A stretch of DNA of 41,126 nucleotides from Octopus sinensis (taxonomy: Eukaryota): assembly GCF_006345805.1 (NCBI RefSeq), contig NW_021835285.1:1-41126 (forward strand), read 5' to 3'. The notes beneath the pieces are model-generated. The model ran no database searches. It was given only the letters and a program-made list of their open reading frames with translations, and was not told the DNA's origin. The position numbers and the translations under genes are program-made. Of this stretch, positions 12,332 through 24,731 are shown one piece after another. How positions within the stretch are numbered: the first letter of the stretch is position 1; each line of letters opens with the position of its first letter.

Positions 12332-12655
12332 CACGGCCGAATTGTTAAGAAGATCACTCCGCAGCCATGAGGTCTCAGTTTCAATCCCACTGCGTGGCAC
12401 TTTGGGCTGATGTCATTGTCTATAGCCTTGAAGTGAGTCATACCTTGTGAGTAAGACTGCGTTGATGGAAACCATTTGGAAGAGCGTCGGATTGATTGCG
12501 TCAGTAATCCAGAAGGCATACGCTTACCACACAATGTGTCACGCTGATTCTGTCCAAGAATCACGTTAAAGGTACAAGCGTCTGAGGAATCCTCAGCCAC
12601 CTGCACGTTCATTCAATGAACGGGTAATTCATTTAATCAAATTAATCTTCATCAT
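12332..12655 (+). mobile_element. SINE with family A-type head and family C-type tail
   Basis: Head TCAATCCCACTGCGTGGCACTTTGGGC. Tail TGTGTCACGCTGATT..CACGTTAAAGGTACAAGCGTCTGAGGAATCCTCAGCCACCTGCACGTT matches the reverse complement of ~31460-31545. Confidence 0.7.
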
Positions 12656-13044
12656 CGAAAGGACGGAAGTACATCCATCCATCCATATACGGTGGTAGCG
12701 TCATCAACAAATGCTTTTCCATTTAGCTTTTGTTTCGTGTTCTTTATTGCAATGTCTTGTAATGTATTGTAATGTGCTGTAATGGTTCATTGTCGTATTA
12801 ATGCATGGTCAGTCAACGAGTATGTGTCATACTTTATTAATAGTTAAGTACATCCGAAAATGGACACAAGGACTGCAGAGCGTTGAAATAAACTGTGCAT
12901 GTAACAAGGAGTCAACCGTAAAACCATTTTAAATTCAGCAATGATGGTTTTTATCCGTCATAGCATCATTCCCGTGACCCCTTGATGCCTATTACACGCC
13001 CGCACACAGACACACACATACACACAGGCGAAAAAAAAAAGAAC

Positions 13045-13170
13045 ATTGCAGAGTCGTTAAAGCGTCGGACAGAATGCTCCGCGGTGTTTCTTCCGGCACT
13101 TTATGCTCTGAGTTCAAATTTCTACCGAGATCAACTTTATTTTTCATCCTTTCAAAAAAAGATACCAAAT
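13045..13170 (+). mobile_element. Family B SINE 5' fragment
   Basis: GCAGAGTCGTTAAAGCGTCGGACAGAATGC..CTGAGTTCAAATT..TTTTCATCCTTTC. Confidence 0.65.
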
Positions 13171-13630
13171 CAATGTGTTTGATTGGTGGAATTTCTTTGC
13201 GGTATTTGCTTCCGGGTCTTTGCTTTGCAAGTTCGAATCCTACACTGACTTGTATGGGTAGTAGAATTAATCCATCCCCCAGTTTAACACCACCACCTGG
13301 CACATAAGGTGTCTTTAGCCGAGTCCACTGTGCTGCAAGTGTTCAGGACAGGTCTCAATTTGAAGATGCCTTCCTCCCACCCTGCCACCAATCTCAGAGT
13401 TCTTGTAACGGGCCATTGGCACTGCTTTTCTCTCTGACTTAAAGATAAAAAAAGTGTGCCACTATCACGTACTTTATTGAGAAAATTAGACAAAGAAAGT
13501 CTTGAAACTTTTGAGCAATTGGTGACGCTATTATTTCAAACTAAACTAATAAAGACGAGAGGCATCTTTAAACAAACAGGGTTAAACACAAACACAGTTA
13601 TGTCTTCATTATGAGATGTTTGAACGAAAA

Positions 13631-14224
13631 GCTGTTCTCTCGGGACCGAGTTAATGTTTACAAAAACTTTACACTTGTTTCAGGTACCAAGAGAGTACCG
13701 CATACATGATGATTGCGTCATTTTATCAGACGATAGCCGTCTCACATTCAGCCTGACTATCCTGATTTACTTTCATCTTTACATGAGCGCAAATATCCAT
13801 CGCCATAGCGCTTTATAAAATACAAAATGGAACAAGAAGCGAAATAATCGTCAGACATCTAAATATCATTAGATTTAAGTGACAAGAGCTTATACAACGA
13901 TTTTGTCTTTCTGTCGCCAAATTAGGTTCCAGTGAGAAGCATTGCAAAAGATAACTGGGACTATTTCGCCTGCAAGTTTTATGTCAGAGTATGTCCTGGC
14001 CATGACATTAAACTGCATCCGGTGGTGAAGCTCTAATTCGGGAGTTCTACTGTTGTGGGGAACGTAGAGTACCCCTTAATAACCGTTATCCACGGGGGCG
14101 TTCTGACCCCAAATGGTAGTACCTGCCAGGATTTCATCGATCGGTTAAATAAATTTCCCAGGAATAGAGGGGAATTCCGTTATTTTGATAAAGCCGTGGA
14201 GAAGGCTTTATTCTTCTTGGAGAA
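13631..14224. mobile_element. Interspersed repeat (probable RTE-type LINE 5' region) with an internal inversion
   Basis: 13631-13992 is the reverse complement of ~21665-22030, while 13999-14224 is co-directional with ~21480-21663. Confidence 0.65.
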
Positions 14225-14397
14225 TACATAGATATATACATACATATGTGCATCCAGCAATCCATCCATACATACATGCATACATACATACATACATACA
14301 TACATACATACATACAGTCATGAAAATAACACACATGAACAGGATGAAATACAATGATGGGCGTTGTTATTAGTTTCATATCCATATATATATATAT

Positions 14398-14430
<33 letters not shown>

Positions 14431-14435
14431 GTATG

Positions 14436-14471
<36 letters not shown>

Positions 14472-14927
14472 TGTATGTATGTATGTATGCGCGCGTGTAC
14501 AATTGTTGGTAATATGGAATGAATTTTAAGTAAAGTATTTATTTATTTACTTAAGAACCCATCTTAATCGTGAAATCAGTTATGATTTGCTAAGAAGGAT
14601 GAAAGGAAAAAAAATGAATGAATGAATTGAAGAATGGCGGAAGGAAGGAAGGAAGGAAGGAATAAAGGAAGGAAGGAAGGACGGAAGGAAGGAAGGCAGG
14701 AAGGTAGGAAGGAAGGAAACGGAGAGAGAAAACAAAAACCACACAGTCTAAAGCAACATCGACAATATAAAAAGAGAAAAATAGACTGAATTTTAGTATT
14801 GCATATGTCACTGGATGTGTGTGTGTGAATAATTAGAAGTTTAAGTAAATATATGTATATGTGATGTATGTGTTTCCGTAATGTATTTGTGTGTGTGTTT
14901 ATATAAATATATATATACATATATATA

Positions 14928-14968
<41 letters not shown>

Positions 14969-14973
14969 ACATA

Positions 14974-15011
<38 letters not shown>

Positions 15012-15072
15012 ATATATATATATATATATATCTATATATATACATATATGCATATACATACATATATATATA

Positions 15073-15287
15073 TGTAGTTAATCCAAACAAGAAAGCACAA
15101 AACAACACAACAACGTGAGGACATGGAACAAATATAGTATTATTGGACGCTCAGGAAAGAAGGAAAGAAGGAGGGTTTAACGTTTCGAGCGGAGCTCTTC
15201 GTCGGAAACATAGGAAAAAGAAAGATCCAGAGAAGGGAAGACAGAGGAAAAAAATTGCCAACGGCACACACGAGGTCACATTTTGAC
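15073..15287 (-). mobile_element. Short hammerhead-bearing element (Penelope-like terminal repeat) next to (TA)n
   Basis: About 215 bp of non-coding sequence between simple repeats, containing the hammerhead motif at 15175-15209. Confidence 0.55.
15175..15209 (-). ncRNA. Minimal type I hammerhead ribozyme, U4C core variant
   Basis: GUUU-CCGACGA-A-GAGC(UCC)GCUC-GAAA-CGU-U-AAAC. Stem I 4 bp, stem II 4 bp, ACGU palindrome. Confidence 0.65.
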
Positions 15288-15564
15288 ATATATACGTACA
15301 CACAAATACACACACACATGTAATGGTACTTGTATGTGCAAATAAGTATCCATATGAGGCATGTGTGTCGTGTATATAGTTATTTACGCGTGTTTCTGTG
15401 TATGTGTTTCAGTGTTAGTGTACTTGGCATGTATGTCTATGGTGAATCCGCGCGCGCATGTGTGTGTATCTGTGTGTGTGTGTGTGTATGTGTGTCGTAT
15501 GTGAGCATGCAAACACACGTGCATGATAATATGTGTGTGTATGTAGGTGTCTGCGAGTAATCTG

Positions 15565-16035
15565 TTATGTACGCATGTGTAAATGTATGTATGAAGGAAT
15601 GTATGTATGTTTGTAGGTATGCATACATGTATGTACATGCATGCATACATGTATTCATGTATGCACGCAAGTTTACATGTATGTACGATGCATGTATGTA
15701 TATATTTATGTATGTCAATATGTGTGTATTTATGTATATATAGGCATGTATGTATTTATGCATGTATGCATGTATGTATGTATGCGTGCATGTATGCTTC
15801 TATGTATGTATGCATGTATGTATATTTGCATGTATGTATGTATATGTGCTCTTATGCATGTATGTATGTATGTGTGTATGTATGCATATTTGTATGTATG
15901 TATGTATGCATGTATTATGTATGTATGCATGTGTGTATGCATGTATGTATGCTTGTATGCGTGTATGCATGAATGTATGCATGTATGTATGCTTGTATGC
16001 ATGTATGTGTGTGTATGTATGCATGTATGTATGTA
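15565..16035. repeat. Degenerate (TATG/CATG)n tract
   Basis: Directly visible. Confidence 0.9.
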
Positions 16036-16336
16036 GTTATGTAACGTGTGTGAATCTGTGTTTTTTAGCCCCAATTCAGGAAGAAAAATGGAGAAAGATA
16101 AAGAAAAATTAAAAAAAAACGGAAAATAAGAATATAAAAGAAAGACTGACATGCAACAAAACAAAATAAAGATTATAAACGGAAGAGAAAAAAAGGATTA
16201 AATAGTTTGGCTAAGATGGCGGAAGAGTAGATGGCGGCTTGCATTGATAAGGACATTAAACGCTGACTTTCTTTCAAACTTCAGAAAGAATAAAAAGAAA
16301 AGAAAGAAAAAGAAGAAGAAATATAGAAAACATACC

Positions 16337-16379
<43 letters not shown>

Positions 16380-17696
16380 AGAAAGCTGAAATAGCTAAAG
16401 TCAGGGTTTTTGCTTCACAATTTAGGAGAGGAAATAAAAAGCAATTGGAAAATAAAAAAATTTAAAAAATACCCATATTGTTTCAGATAACTTTCTTTCA
16501 CTTCTATTTGTATTTTTTTCTTTAAATTTATATTTGTACTTTAATTCTCGTCTCTTTTGTTATTTACGTGTTTATTTATTTATTTCCCAAAATATATTAT
16601 TTCCCGCTTTCCGCTCTTGTTCATTTGGGAGACTTAAAACATGCCGTTGTATCTAAATCGTTGTGAGAAAGTCGTTTTAATTCAAACACGAATCTTATCT
16701 GGTTTGATTTAAAGTGTTATTACTGGAATCAATAGCCGTGTATGCACCCATGTGTATTGTTTATATGCATCGTGTGTGAGCGTGTCTGTACATATGTATA
16801 TGTGTGTGTATGTGCGTGTGTGTGTGTGTGTATGTAGATATAGATACACACATACATATACACTCTTACACACGCTAACATATATATAAAAATACACATG
16901 TATATGTATAGATAAATATATACATCTTTATACATGTGTGTGTGTTTGTGTGTGTTGTGTGTGTGTTTGTGTGTATGTGTGTGTGTGTGTGTGTGTTGTG
17001 TGTGTGTATTTGCATCATGAATGTGTGGTGTGTGTATTTGTGAGACGCGAGAGAACAGGAAATGCATTATGGCGAAAAAGAGGGAAGTCTTTTTTTTTCT
17101 TTTTCAGAACGCTTGATAGAAAAAACCTGGTTAACATCATTATCTTCCGGTTTCCGAAGGGGAACAACAATAACAACAACAACAGCAGCAGCAGCAACAA
17201 CAACAACAACAACAATAGCAATAACAACAACAACAACAACAGCAACATCATCAATCAACAAATAAACAAACACTTGAAGATTCATGCAGTAAAATGTAGG
17301 CGAAAACTAAGACAAATTATTAATTAAATCAGAGTAGAGTCGTAATTATAACAGAAAAAAAATAATTATAATTTAACCTTAATGTTTAATTATCATGGAA
17401 CGTAAGGGAGACAACTATGAATCTGGACGGAGGGAAACTGTGCGGAAGCCGTTTGGATAGATTGGATATGTAATTCAAAAGTCCAGCCTTGCTCCATGCC
17501 TTGTCTTGTTGCTTTTGAGCGAGGAATTACGTTAAGGGTACAGTGTGTGTGTGTGTGTGGAATATTTCCAAGAATTCGATTGGTACTTTATTTTATCGAA
17601 CTCCTCAAGAATAAAAGTTAAAAATCGATCTTGAAAGGGGTCGTAGATAAACAAGAATTTCTTACTTTATCTCAGGACCAATGTTTTACGGCGGTT

Positions 17697-17910
17697 GAAA
17701 GCGGTGAGCTGGCAGAATCGTTAACACGCCAGGGAAAATGCTTAGCGGTATGTCGTCTGTTTTTACGTTCCGAGTTCAAATTCTCTCGAGGTCCACTTCG
17801 CCTTTCATCCCTTTCAGGGTCGACAAATTAAGAACCAGTAGAACTCTAGGATCGATGTAATCGTCTTGCCCCCTCCCTCGAATTTTCTGGCCCGGTACCA
17901 ACGTTTGAAA
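17697..17910 (+). mobile_element. Family B SINE
   Basis: GCGGTGAGCTGGCAGAATCGTTAACACGCC..GAGTTCAAATTC..GCCTTTCATCCCTTTCAGGGTCGACAAATTAAG. Confidence 0.8.
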
Positions 17911-17986
17911 TCAAAATTATGCAGCAGTTGGGGTAGGAGCAGGAACATTCGATTATACTGACCTGGCACTTAATTTTGTCGAAAGG

Positions 17987-18300
17987 ACGCATGCGTGGCT
18001 GAGTGGTTAAGAAGTTCGCTTCGCAACCATGAAGTCACGAGTTCAAACCCACTGCGTGACGACTTGGGCAAATGTCTCTTACCATCGAGATGAGTCAACC
18101 AAAATCTTGAAAGTAAATTCGGGTAGATGGAAACTATATAGAAGCCCGCCAGGAGGACTGTGCCCCTAATTCAAAGGTCCAGCTATGTCATAATTGAGTG
18201 ATGATGATCTTTAACAATCATGTTAACTCTACGTATGTACACGGTATACTCAATCACTTTGCACACTAATTCAATGCAAAGAGTGTCCATGGGTCGAAGT
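17987..18300 (+). mobile_element. Diverged family A-related SINE
   Basis: GTGGCTGAGTGGTTAAGAAG (A box)..GAGTTCAAACCCACTGCG (B box)..CTTGGGCAAATGTCT..GGTAGATGGAAACT..GAAGCCCG. Confidence 0.7.
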
Positions 18301-18494
18301 CGACTCGACACGCGAACCAGTTTCCACTTTTAGCAATCTTAGAAGAATAAAAGGAATGGTTTAACCCCCCTATGGGATTTGAACTAGGAAAGCAAGGATT
18401 TGGACTGAATGCTGTCCGTTGCTTTACCGCTTCTGCCAATCTACCCATCTTGCATACCCGTAACAATTACCGTTCGGGATTTTATCTTTTATTT

Positions 18495-18758
18495 CTCTTT
18501 TACTTGTTTCAGTCATTTGACTGAGGCCATGCTGGAGCAACGCTTTTAGTCGAGCAAATCGACCCCAAGACTTATTCTTTGGAAGCCTAGTACTTATTCT
18601 ATCGGTCTCTATTGCCGAACCGCTAATTTATGGGGACGTAAACACACCATCATCGGTTGTCAAGCGATGTTGGGGGGACAAACACAGACGCATAAACATA
18701 TACACACACATACAAACATACATACATACATACATACATACATACATACATACATACA

Positions 18759-18794
<36 letters not shown>

Positions 18795-18846
18795 TATGTA
18801 TATATAAATATATATATATATATATATACATACATACATACATACA

Positions 18847-18880
<34 letters not shown>

Positions 18881-19047
18881 CGACAGGCTTCTTTCAGTTT
18901 ACGTCTACCATATACACTCACAAGGCTTTGGTCAGCCCCAGGCTATAGTGGAAGACACTTGCCCAAGGTGCCACGCAGTGAGACTGAACCCGGAACCATG
19001 TGGTTCGTAAGCAAGCTGCTTACCACCACACAGCCACTCCTACGCCT
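18495..19047 (-). mobile_element. Full-length family A SINE with an expanded internal (CATA)n
   Basis: Same head, core and tail as 5461-5868. Confidence 0.9.
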
Positions 19048-19704
19048 GTGTGTCTTTCTTTATGCGTCTCTCTGTACGGATTGATATATGTATCTGCTTA
19101 GAGATTATGTGTGTATGTCATTAAGTGTGAGTGTGTGTGTGTGTGTGTGTGTGCTGGTATGTGAGTGCAAGATATCATGTGATGCTGTATATGAGTGTGT
19201 GTGAGTACATGCATGTTATCATGAGCGTGTTTGTGTACATGAACGTATGTATGCATGTGTGTGTTCTGATTCGTGTGTGCGTGTGTTCTGATTCAAGGTC
19301 GTCTGAAGTGTCGTGACATCTCACGCAAAGCAGCCGACAAGATTTGATGGCGAAGGCTGGAAGGAGGAGGATGAGGAGGAGGAGGGGGTCTGTTTATTGT
19401 TTCTTTTTATCTTTTTGTGTATGTTTTTGCGGGGTTTGTTTTCCATGCTGTTTTTGTTTTGTTTATTCATTCCCCCCCCCACCTGCTATCCTTCTTAATA
19501 CATATTTTCACATCAATGTTTACCACTTAAGCTCACCCGAGAGAGAGAGAGACCACGCGGTGGGGGGCGGCGGGAGGACAAAGAGTGGTGGTGGGGGGAG
19601 TGAGATGTAATAAAAATTAAGGCTTGCGTTTTACATATGATATGACGTAACTTATTGAGGTGGGAAGGTCATGGAGAGAAATTTAGGAGAAGCAGGAAGA
19701 AATA

Positions 19705-19930
19705 GTGATGGTGGTGGTTGTTAGGAAATTATTGTTGCTGTTGTTGATGCCATTGATGATGTGATTGTTGTTGTTGTTGTTACTGATATTGTTGTTGTGG
19801 TTGTTGCTGTAGATATTATTGTTGTTATTACTGTTGTTGTTGTTGTTTGTTTGTTATTAATCTTAATGTTGATGTTCATATTTTTTTGTTTTTGATCTTC
19901 TTTTGTTATTAATGTTGTTTGCTGTTGTTG

Positions 19931-19962
<32 letters not shown>

Positions 19963-20012
19963 GATAATGCTGTCGTAGAGAATGCTGTTCTGCTGCTGCT
20001 GTTGTTATTGTT

Positions 20013-20045
<33 letters not shown>

Positions 20046-20074
20046 GCTGATGTTGAATATGATGATGATGATGG

Positions 20075-20118
<44 letters not shown>

Positions 20119-20225
20119 CTGTTGTTGCCGATATTGTCGTTGTCGTGGTTGATGCTGTTCTTGTTGTTCTTGTTCTTGTTGTAGCCGTTGTTATTGATGC
20201 TGTGCTTGTTATTGCAACTGTTGAC
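19705..20225. repeat. Compound triplet repeat (GTT/GAT/GGT/GCT)n
   Basis: Directly visible. One minus-strand frame is stop-free. Confidence 0.9.
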
Positions 20226-20293
20226 AACGTCCTCGAGGTCTTATGCCCATGTGGCCATTGGTGTTTACATACCAAATGCAGATATATACAAAA

Positions 20294-20478
20294 TGTATGT
20301 ATGTATGTATGTATGTCTTTATGTATGTATGTATGTAGTATGTATCTATGTATGTATGTATGTATGTATCTATGTATGTATGTATGTATGTATGTATGTA
20401 TGTCTTTATGTATGTATGTATGTATGTATGTATCTATGTATGTATGTATGTATGTATCTATGTATGTATGTATGTATG

Positions 20479-20510
<32 letters not shown>

Positions 20511-20578
20511 TGTGTGTGTGTATGTACGTACGTATGTATGTATGCATGTATGTATGTATGTTTGTATGTGTATGTATG

Positions 20579-20612
<34 letters not shown>

Positions 20613-20864
20613 TGTATGTATGTATTTATGTATGTATGTACGTATGTATGTGTGTATGTACGTACGTATGTATGTATGCATGTATGTATGTATGTTTGTA
20701 TGTGTGTGTATGTATATATGTATGTATGTACGTATGTATGTATGTATGCATGTATGTATGTATGTATGTATGTTTGTATGTGTGTGTATGTATATATGTA
20801 TGTATGTACGTATGTATGTATGTATGTATGTACGTATGTATGTATGTTTGTATGTGTGTGTATG

Positions 20865-20896
<32 letters not shown>

Positions 20897-21008
20897 CATG
20901 TATGTATGTATGTATGTTTGTATGTGTGTGTATGTATATATGTATGTATGTACGTATGTATGTATGTATGCATGTATGTATGTATGTATGTTTGTATGTG
21001 TGTGTATG

Positions 21009-21040
<32 letters not shown>

Positions 21041-21470
21041 CATGTATGTATGCATGTATGTATGTATGTATGTATGTATGTATGTATGTATGTATGCATG
21101 TATGTATGTATGTGTGTATGTATGTATGTATGTATGTACGTATGTATGTATGTATGCATGTATGTATGTATGTATGGTTGTATGTGTGTGTATGTATATA
21201 TGTATGTATGTATGTATGCATGTATGTATGCATGTATGTATGTATGCATGTATGTATGTATGTTTGTATGTATGTATGTATGTATGTATGTATGTATGTA
21301 TGTATGTATGCATGCATGCATGTATGTATGTATGTATGTATGTATGTATGTGTGTATGTACGTACGTATGTATGCATGTATCTATGTGTGTATGTATGCA
21401 TGCATGCATGTATATATGTATGAAATACCTATGTATGCATTTATGTATGTATGCATGCATGTATATACGT
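20294..21470. repeat. About 1.2 kb (TATG)n satellite with higher-order variant blocks
   Basis: Directly visible. Source of the 230-580 aa spurious ORFs. Confidence 0.95.
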
Positions 21471-21479
21471 ATTCATTTC

Positions 21480-22083
21480 TGAAGTTATGTGGATCATGGA
21501 GTTACATCTCAATCACCATTCCCCCCTCCCCCACGTTCATTCTGACCCGGAATGGTAGGACCTGTAAGGGTCACATCTATGGATTAAATAGATTTCCCAG
21601 GGGTAGATGAGGTTCCCGTTATTATAGCCAAAACTATTGGGAAGGCAGCTCTTCTAGGAGAAAGATACTCTGACATAAAACTCGCAGTCAAAATAGCACC
21701 AGTCCTCTAGCCGGACTTGTCACTGGAACCTTCTGTGGCGATCGGACAAGTGGCAAAAGTTGTTGTTCAAGTTGTTGTCATTTAATCCAATGACATGCAG
21801 ATGTCTCACTTCTCATTTCATTTTCTTGAATCGTTTTGTATTTACTAGTGTCTTATGGCAATGGATATCCGCGCACGTGCAAGGATGGAAGCAAATTGGA
21901 ACAATCAGGTTGAATGTGAGACGACTATCATCTGACAAGATGAAGCAGTCATCATGTCTGCAGTATACTCTCAGTACTTGAAACAGGAGTAAAGTTTTTG
22001 CAAATGCTAAGTCAGTCTCGAGAGAACAAGTTGAATGTGAGACAGTTATCATCTGACAAGATGAGACAATCGTCGTTTGTGCA
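21480..22083 (+). mobile_element. Interspersed repeat, probable RTE-type LINE 5' region
   Basis: TTCTGACCCGGAATGGTAGGACCTGTAAGGGTC is shared with ~14100 and, more weakly, ~37600. CTAGGAGAAAGATACTCTGACATAAAAC resembles RTE 5'UTR motifs (from recall). Internal duplication 21909-21962 / 22030-22083. Confidence 0.55.
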
Positions 22084-23087
22084 CATGTATTAAAGTACGT
22101 ATGTCAGGTCTCGTTAAGTACTACCAGTAGCATGTGACCCAGTACAACGTGTCGTATGCTCGGGCCATCGGCTTCTAAACTGGCGGCCCTATCAAGTCTG
22201 TTTAGTAAGGAGGGCGGTTTTCGTTGCACACCATGAAGGGTGAAAAACAAAACCTGTCAACTCTCTAGTGTCAACGGCCATCCAATATATACAAGTGTGA
22301 GACCCCCAGTCCTTGTTTAAACATTTCTTCTGAAGGAAAACTCTGATGCAACACCTGCGACCAGTTATTTTCACTTGAAAAAGCTTCAGGCACAAGTATC
22401 GCTTGATTTTTAACATCTCTATAAAGACCTCTGTTATGTGTTGCTTACTGTGTCTAGTCGTAGCAGAAAAATTCCATGAATGATGAGCCTTCGAAGCCCC
22501 TGCTGTAAAAGCCCCCATCGTTACCACACCTGTCTGTCCAAAAGAATGTAGATTCCATGCACAACTGAAAGAACACATATGTGTTGCTTTAAGAGAACAA
22601 TCAAGAGATTTCTTGCTTGAAATCGAGTTGCAGCCATTATGTATGTACGTATGTATGTACATGTGTAAGTATGTATGTATGTATGTATATGTGTGTGTGT
22701 GTATGTATCTATCTATGTATGTACTATGTACGTATGTATGTATGTGTGTGTATGTATGTACGTATGTATTTTTCTGCAGTTTTAGCTCAGAGCTGTGGCC
22801 ATGCTGGTGCACCGCCGTTTGTATATATGTAAATAAATATGTATGTATGTATGAATGTATGTATGTATGTATGCATTATGTATGTACGTATGTATAAGCG
22901 TAAGTACGTAAGTATGTATGTATATATGTATGTACGTATGCATATGTGTAAGTATATATGTACGTATGTATATGTGTAAGTAAGTATGTATGTATGGACG
23001 TATGCATATCCGTAAGTATGTATGTATTATCTACGTATGCATATATGATTGCATATATATGTATGTGTGACTATAAACACCCCCAAC

Positions 23088-23166
<79 letters not shown>

Positions 23167-23871
23167 ATATATGCAGGTGGGCGAGCGTATGATTTGGGCT
23201 GGACACTCTGAGGACGAAAAACAGAACCTATGACAGGACGGATGACCTTAGACTCCACAACCATCCAACAGCTGCGAATGAAAGTTCATTATTCATTGTC
23301 TCGACATCTCTCAAGGAGAAACAAAATTCCCAAATGATGCCCACCTCATTGCAACGCTCGGGATTTTTGTCTTTCTTGTTTCAAGATTACTTGGCTTCGT
23401 AGATGAGGGCCTTAGCGGTGTTGTCCAAGATGTTACAGACTTTATAGTTCAGCACAGGCATTGCTGACAGCCATTGCATGTAAGACTTAAGGATTTAAAC
23501 TAACCCTGCCCAGCCCAAATATTCTATCTGTTTTGTGTTGAAGCTGGTTAGATCCAGTCTCTCGCACGGACCCTACACTGTCACGCTAAAAACGAGCAGT
23601 TACATCATCAAAATCTCAAAACTATGAGATAATGCATGTTTAATTTTAAAATATGTGTCTAAATAAGCATTATTGCCAAGAGTAGCAAGGGCACTTTTGT
23701 TTTGCTATGCATGCTAAAATAATCACCACATTTATTCCATCTTAGATGGAGAGCGCTTTCCGTAGTAAATGGGCTGTACCCATCAAGGTTATCTTTTGTA
23801 GTTCATGGAGATTGGAGTTACCAGGGAGTTGCTTAATATACTGCTCAGCTCCTTTCTTTATCATTCCCAAT

Positions 23872-24105
23872 GCATCGGTTGTCAAGCAATGCTAGGGGGA
23901 CAAACACAGACACACACACACGCATATATATATATACATATACACGACGGGCTTCTTTCAGTTTCCGTCTACCAAATCCACTCACAAGGCATTGGTCGGC
24001 CCGAGGCTATAGTAGAAGACACTTGCCCAAGATGCCACGCAGTGGGACTGAACCCGGAACCATGTGGTTGGTAAACAAGCTACTTACCACACAGCCACTC
24101 CTGCG
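23872..24105 (-). mobile_element. Family A SINE, 3'-truncated
   Basis: Near-identical to 5623-5866. Confidence 0.9.
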
Positions 24106-24393
24106 TTCTTTATAGTGAGAAAGCTTCTCATCTTCCTTTCTTGAGACATTTTGATCTTCTAGGAAAAACAAATCTATTAACAGACAAGTTCCTCTGTTGC
24201 AGTCCTTGACTACAATGTCTGGTCGATTGGAGTCAGTTTTTCTGTCTGTTTGTATTGGGAAGTGCCAAAGGACGGTGATGCCCTCGTCATTTACTACATC
24301 CCCTGAATGGTGCCTGTACCATTTATTAAGAGATTTAGTTTTGTAGTATTTACAAGCATTCCAGTGGATGTACTGCCCTAGTCTGTCATGTCT
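24106..24393 (-). pseudogene. Restriction-like endonuclease domain fragment of an R4/Dong-like non-LTR retrotransposon
   Basis: RHDRLGQYIHW..KWYRH..VLWHFPIQTDRKTDSNRPDIVVKD..CLLID..EKLSHY carries the RHD, PD..D and K..(K)Y motifs of RLE-type LINEs. Confidence 0.85.
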
Positions 24394-24621
24394 TCTTCTT
24401 CTTCTTCTTCTTCTTCTTCTTCTTCTTCTTCTTCTTCTTCTTCTTCTTCTTCTTCTTCTTTCTTCTTCTTCTTTAATCTTCTTCTTCTTCTTCTTTTCTT
24501 CTTCTTTTCTTCTTCTTCTTCTACCTTCTTCTTTTCTTTCTTTTCTTCTTCTTCTTTTGCTTCTTCTGCTTCTTCTTCGTCGTCGTCGTCGTCGTCTTCT
24601 TCTTTTTCTTCTTCTCATCAT

Positions 24622-24688
<67 letters not shown>

Positions 24689-24695
24689 GTTGTCG

Positions 24696-24731
<36 letters not shown>

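Noticed and set aside
19721-21610. Long ORFs of 230-580 aa (MYVC/HTYI repeats) and similar ORFs throughout the window
   Set aside because: Translations of (TATG)n, (CA)n, (TA)n and (GAA)n microsatellites that lack stops by composition.
23200-23230. Other CTGANGA hits as hammerheads (23208 +, 6978 +, 35209 +, 824 -, 4596 -, 7071 -, 25865 -)
   Set aside because: Each lacks stem II, a correctly placed GAAA, or closing stems I and III.
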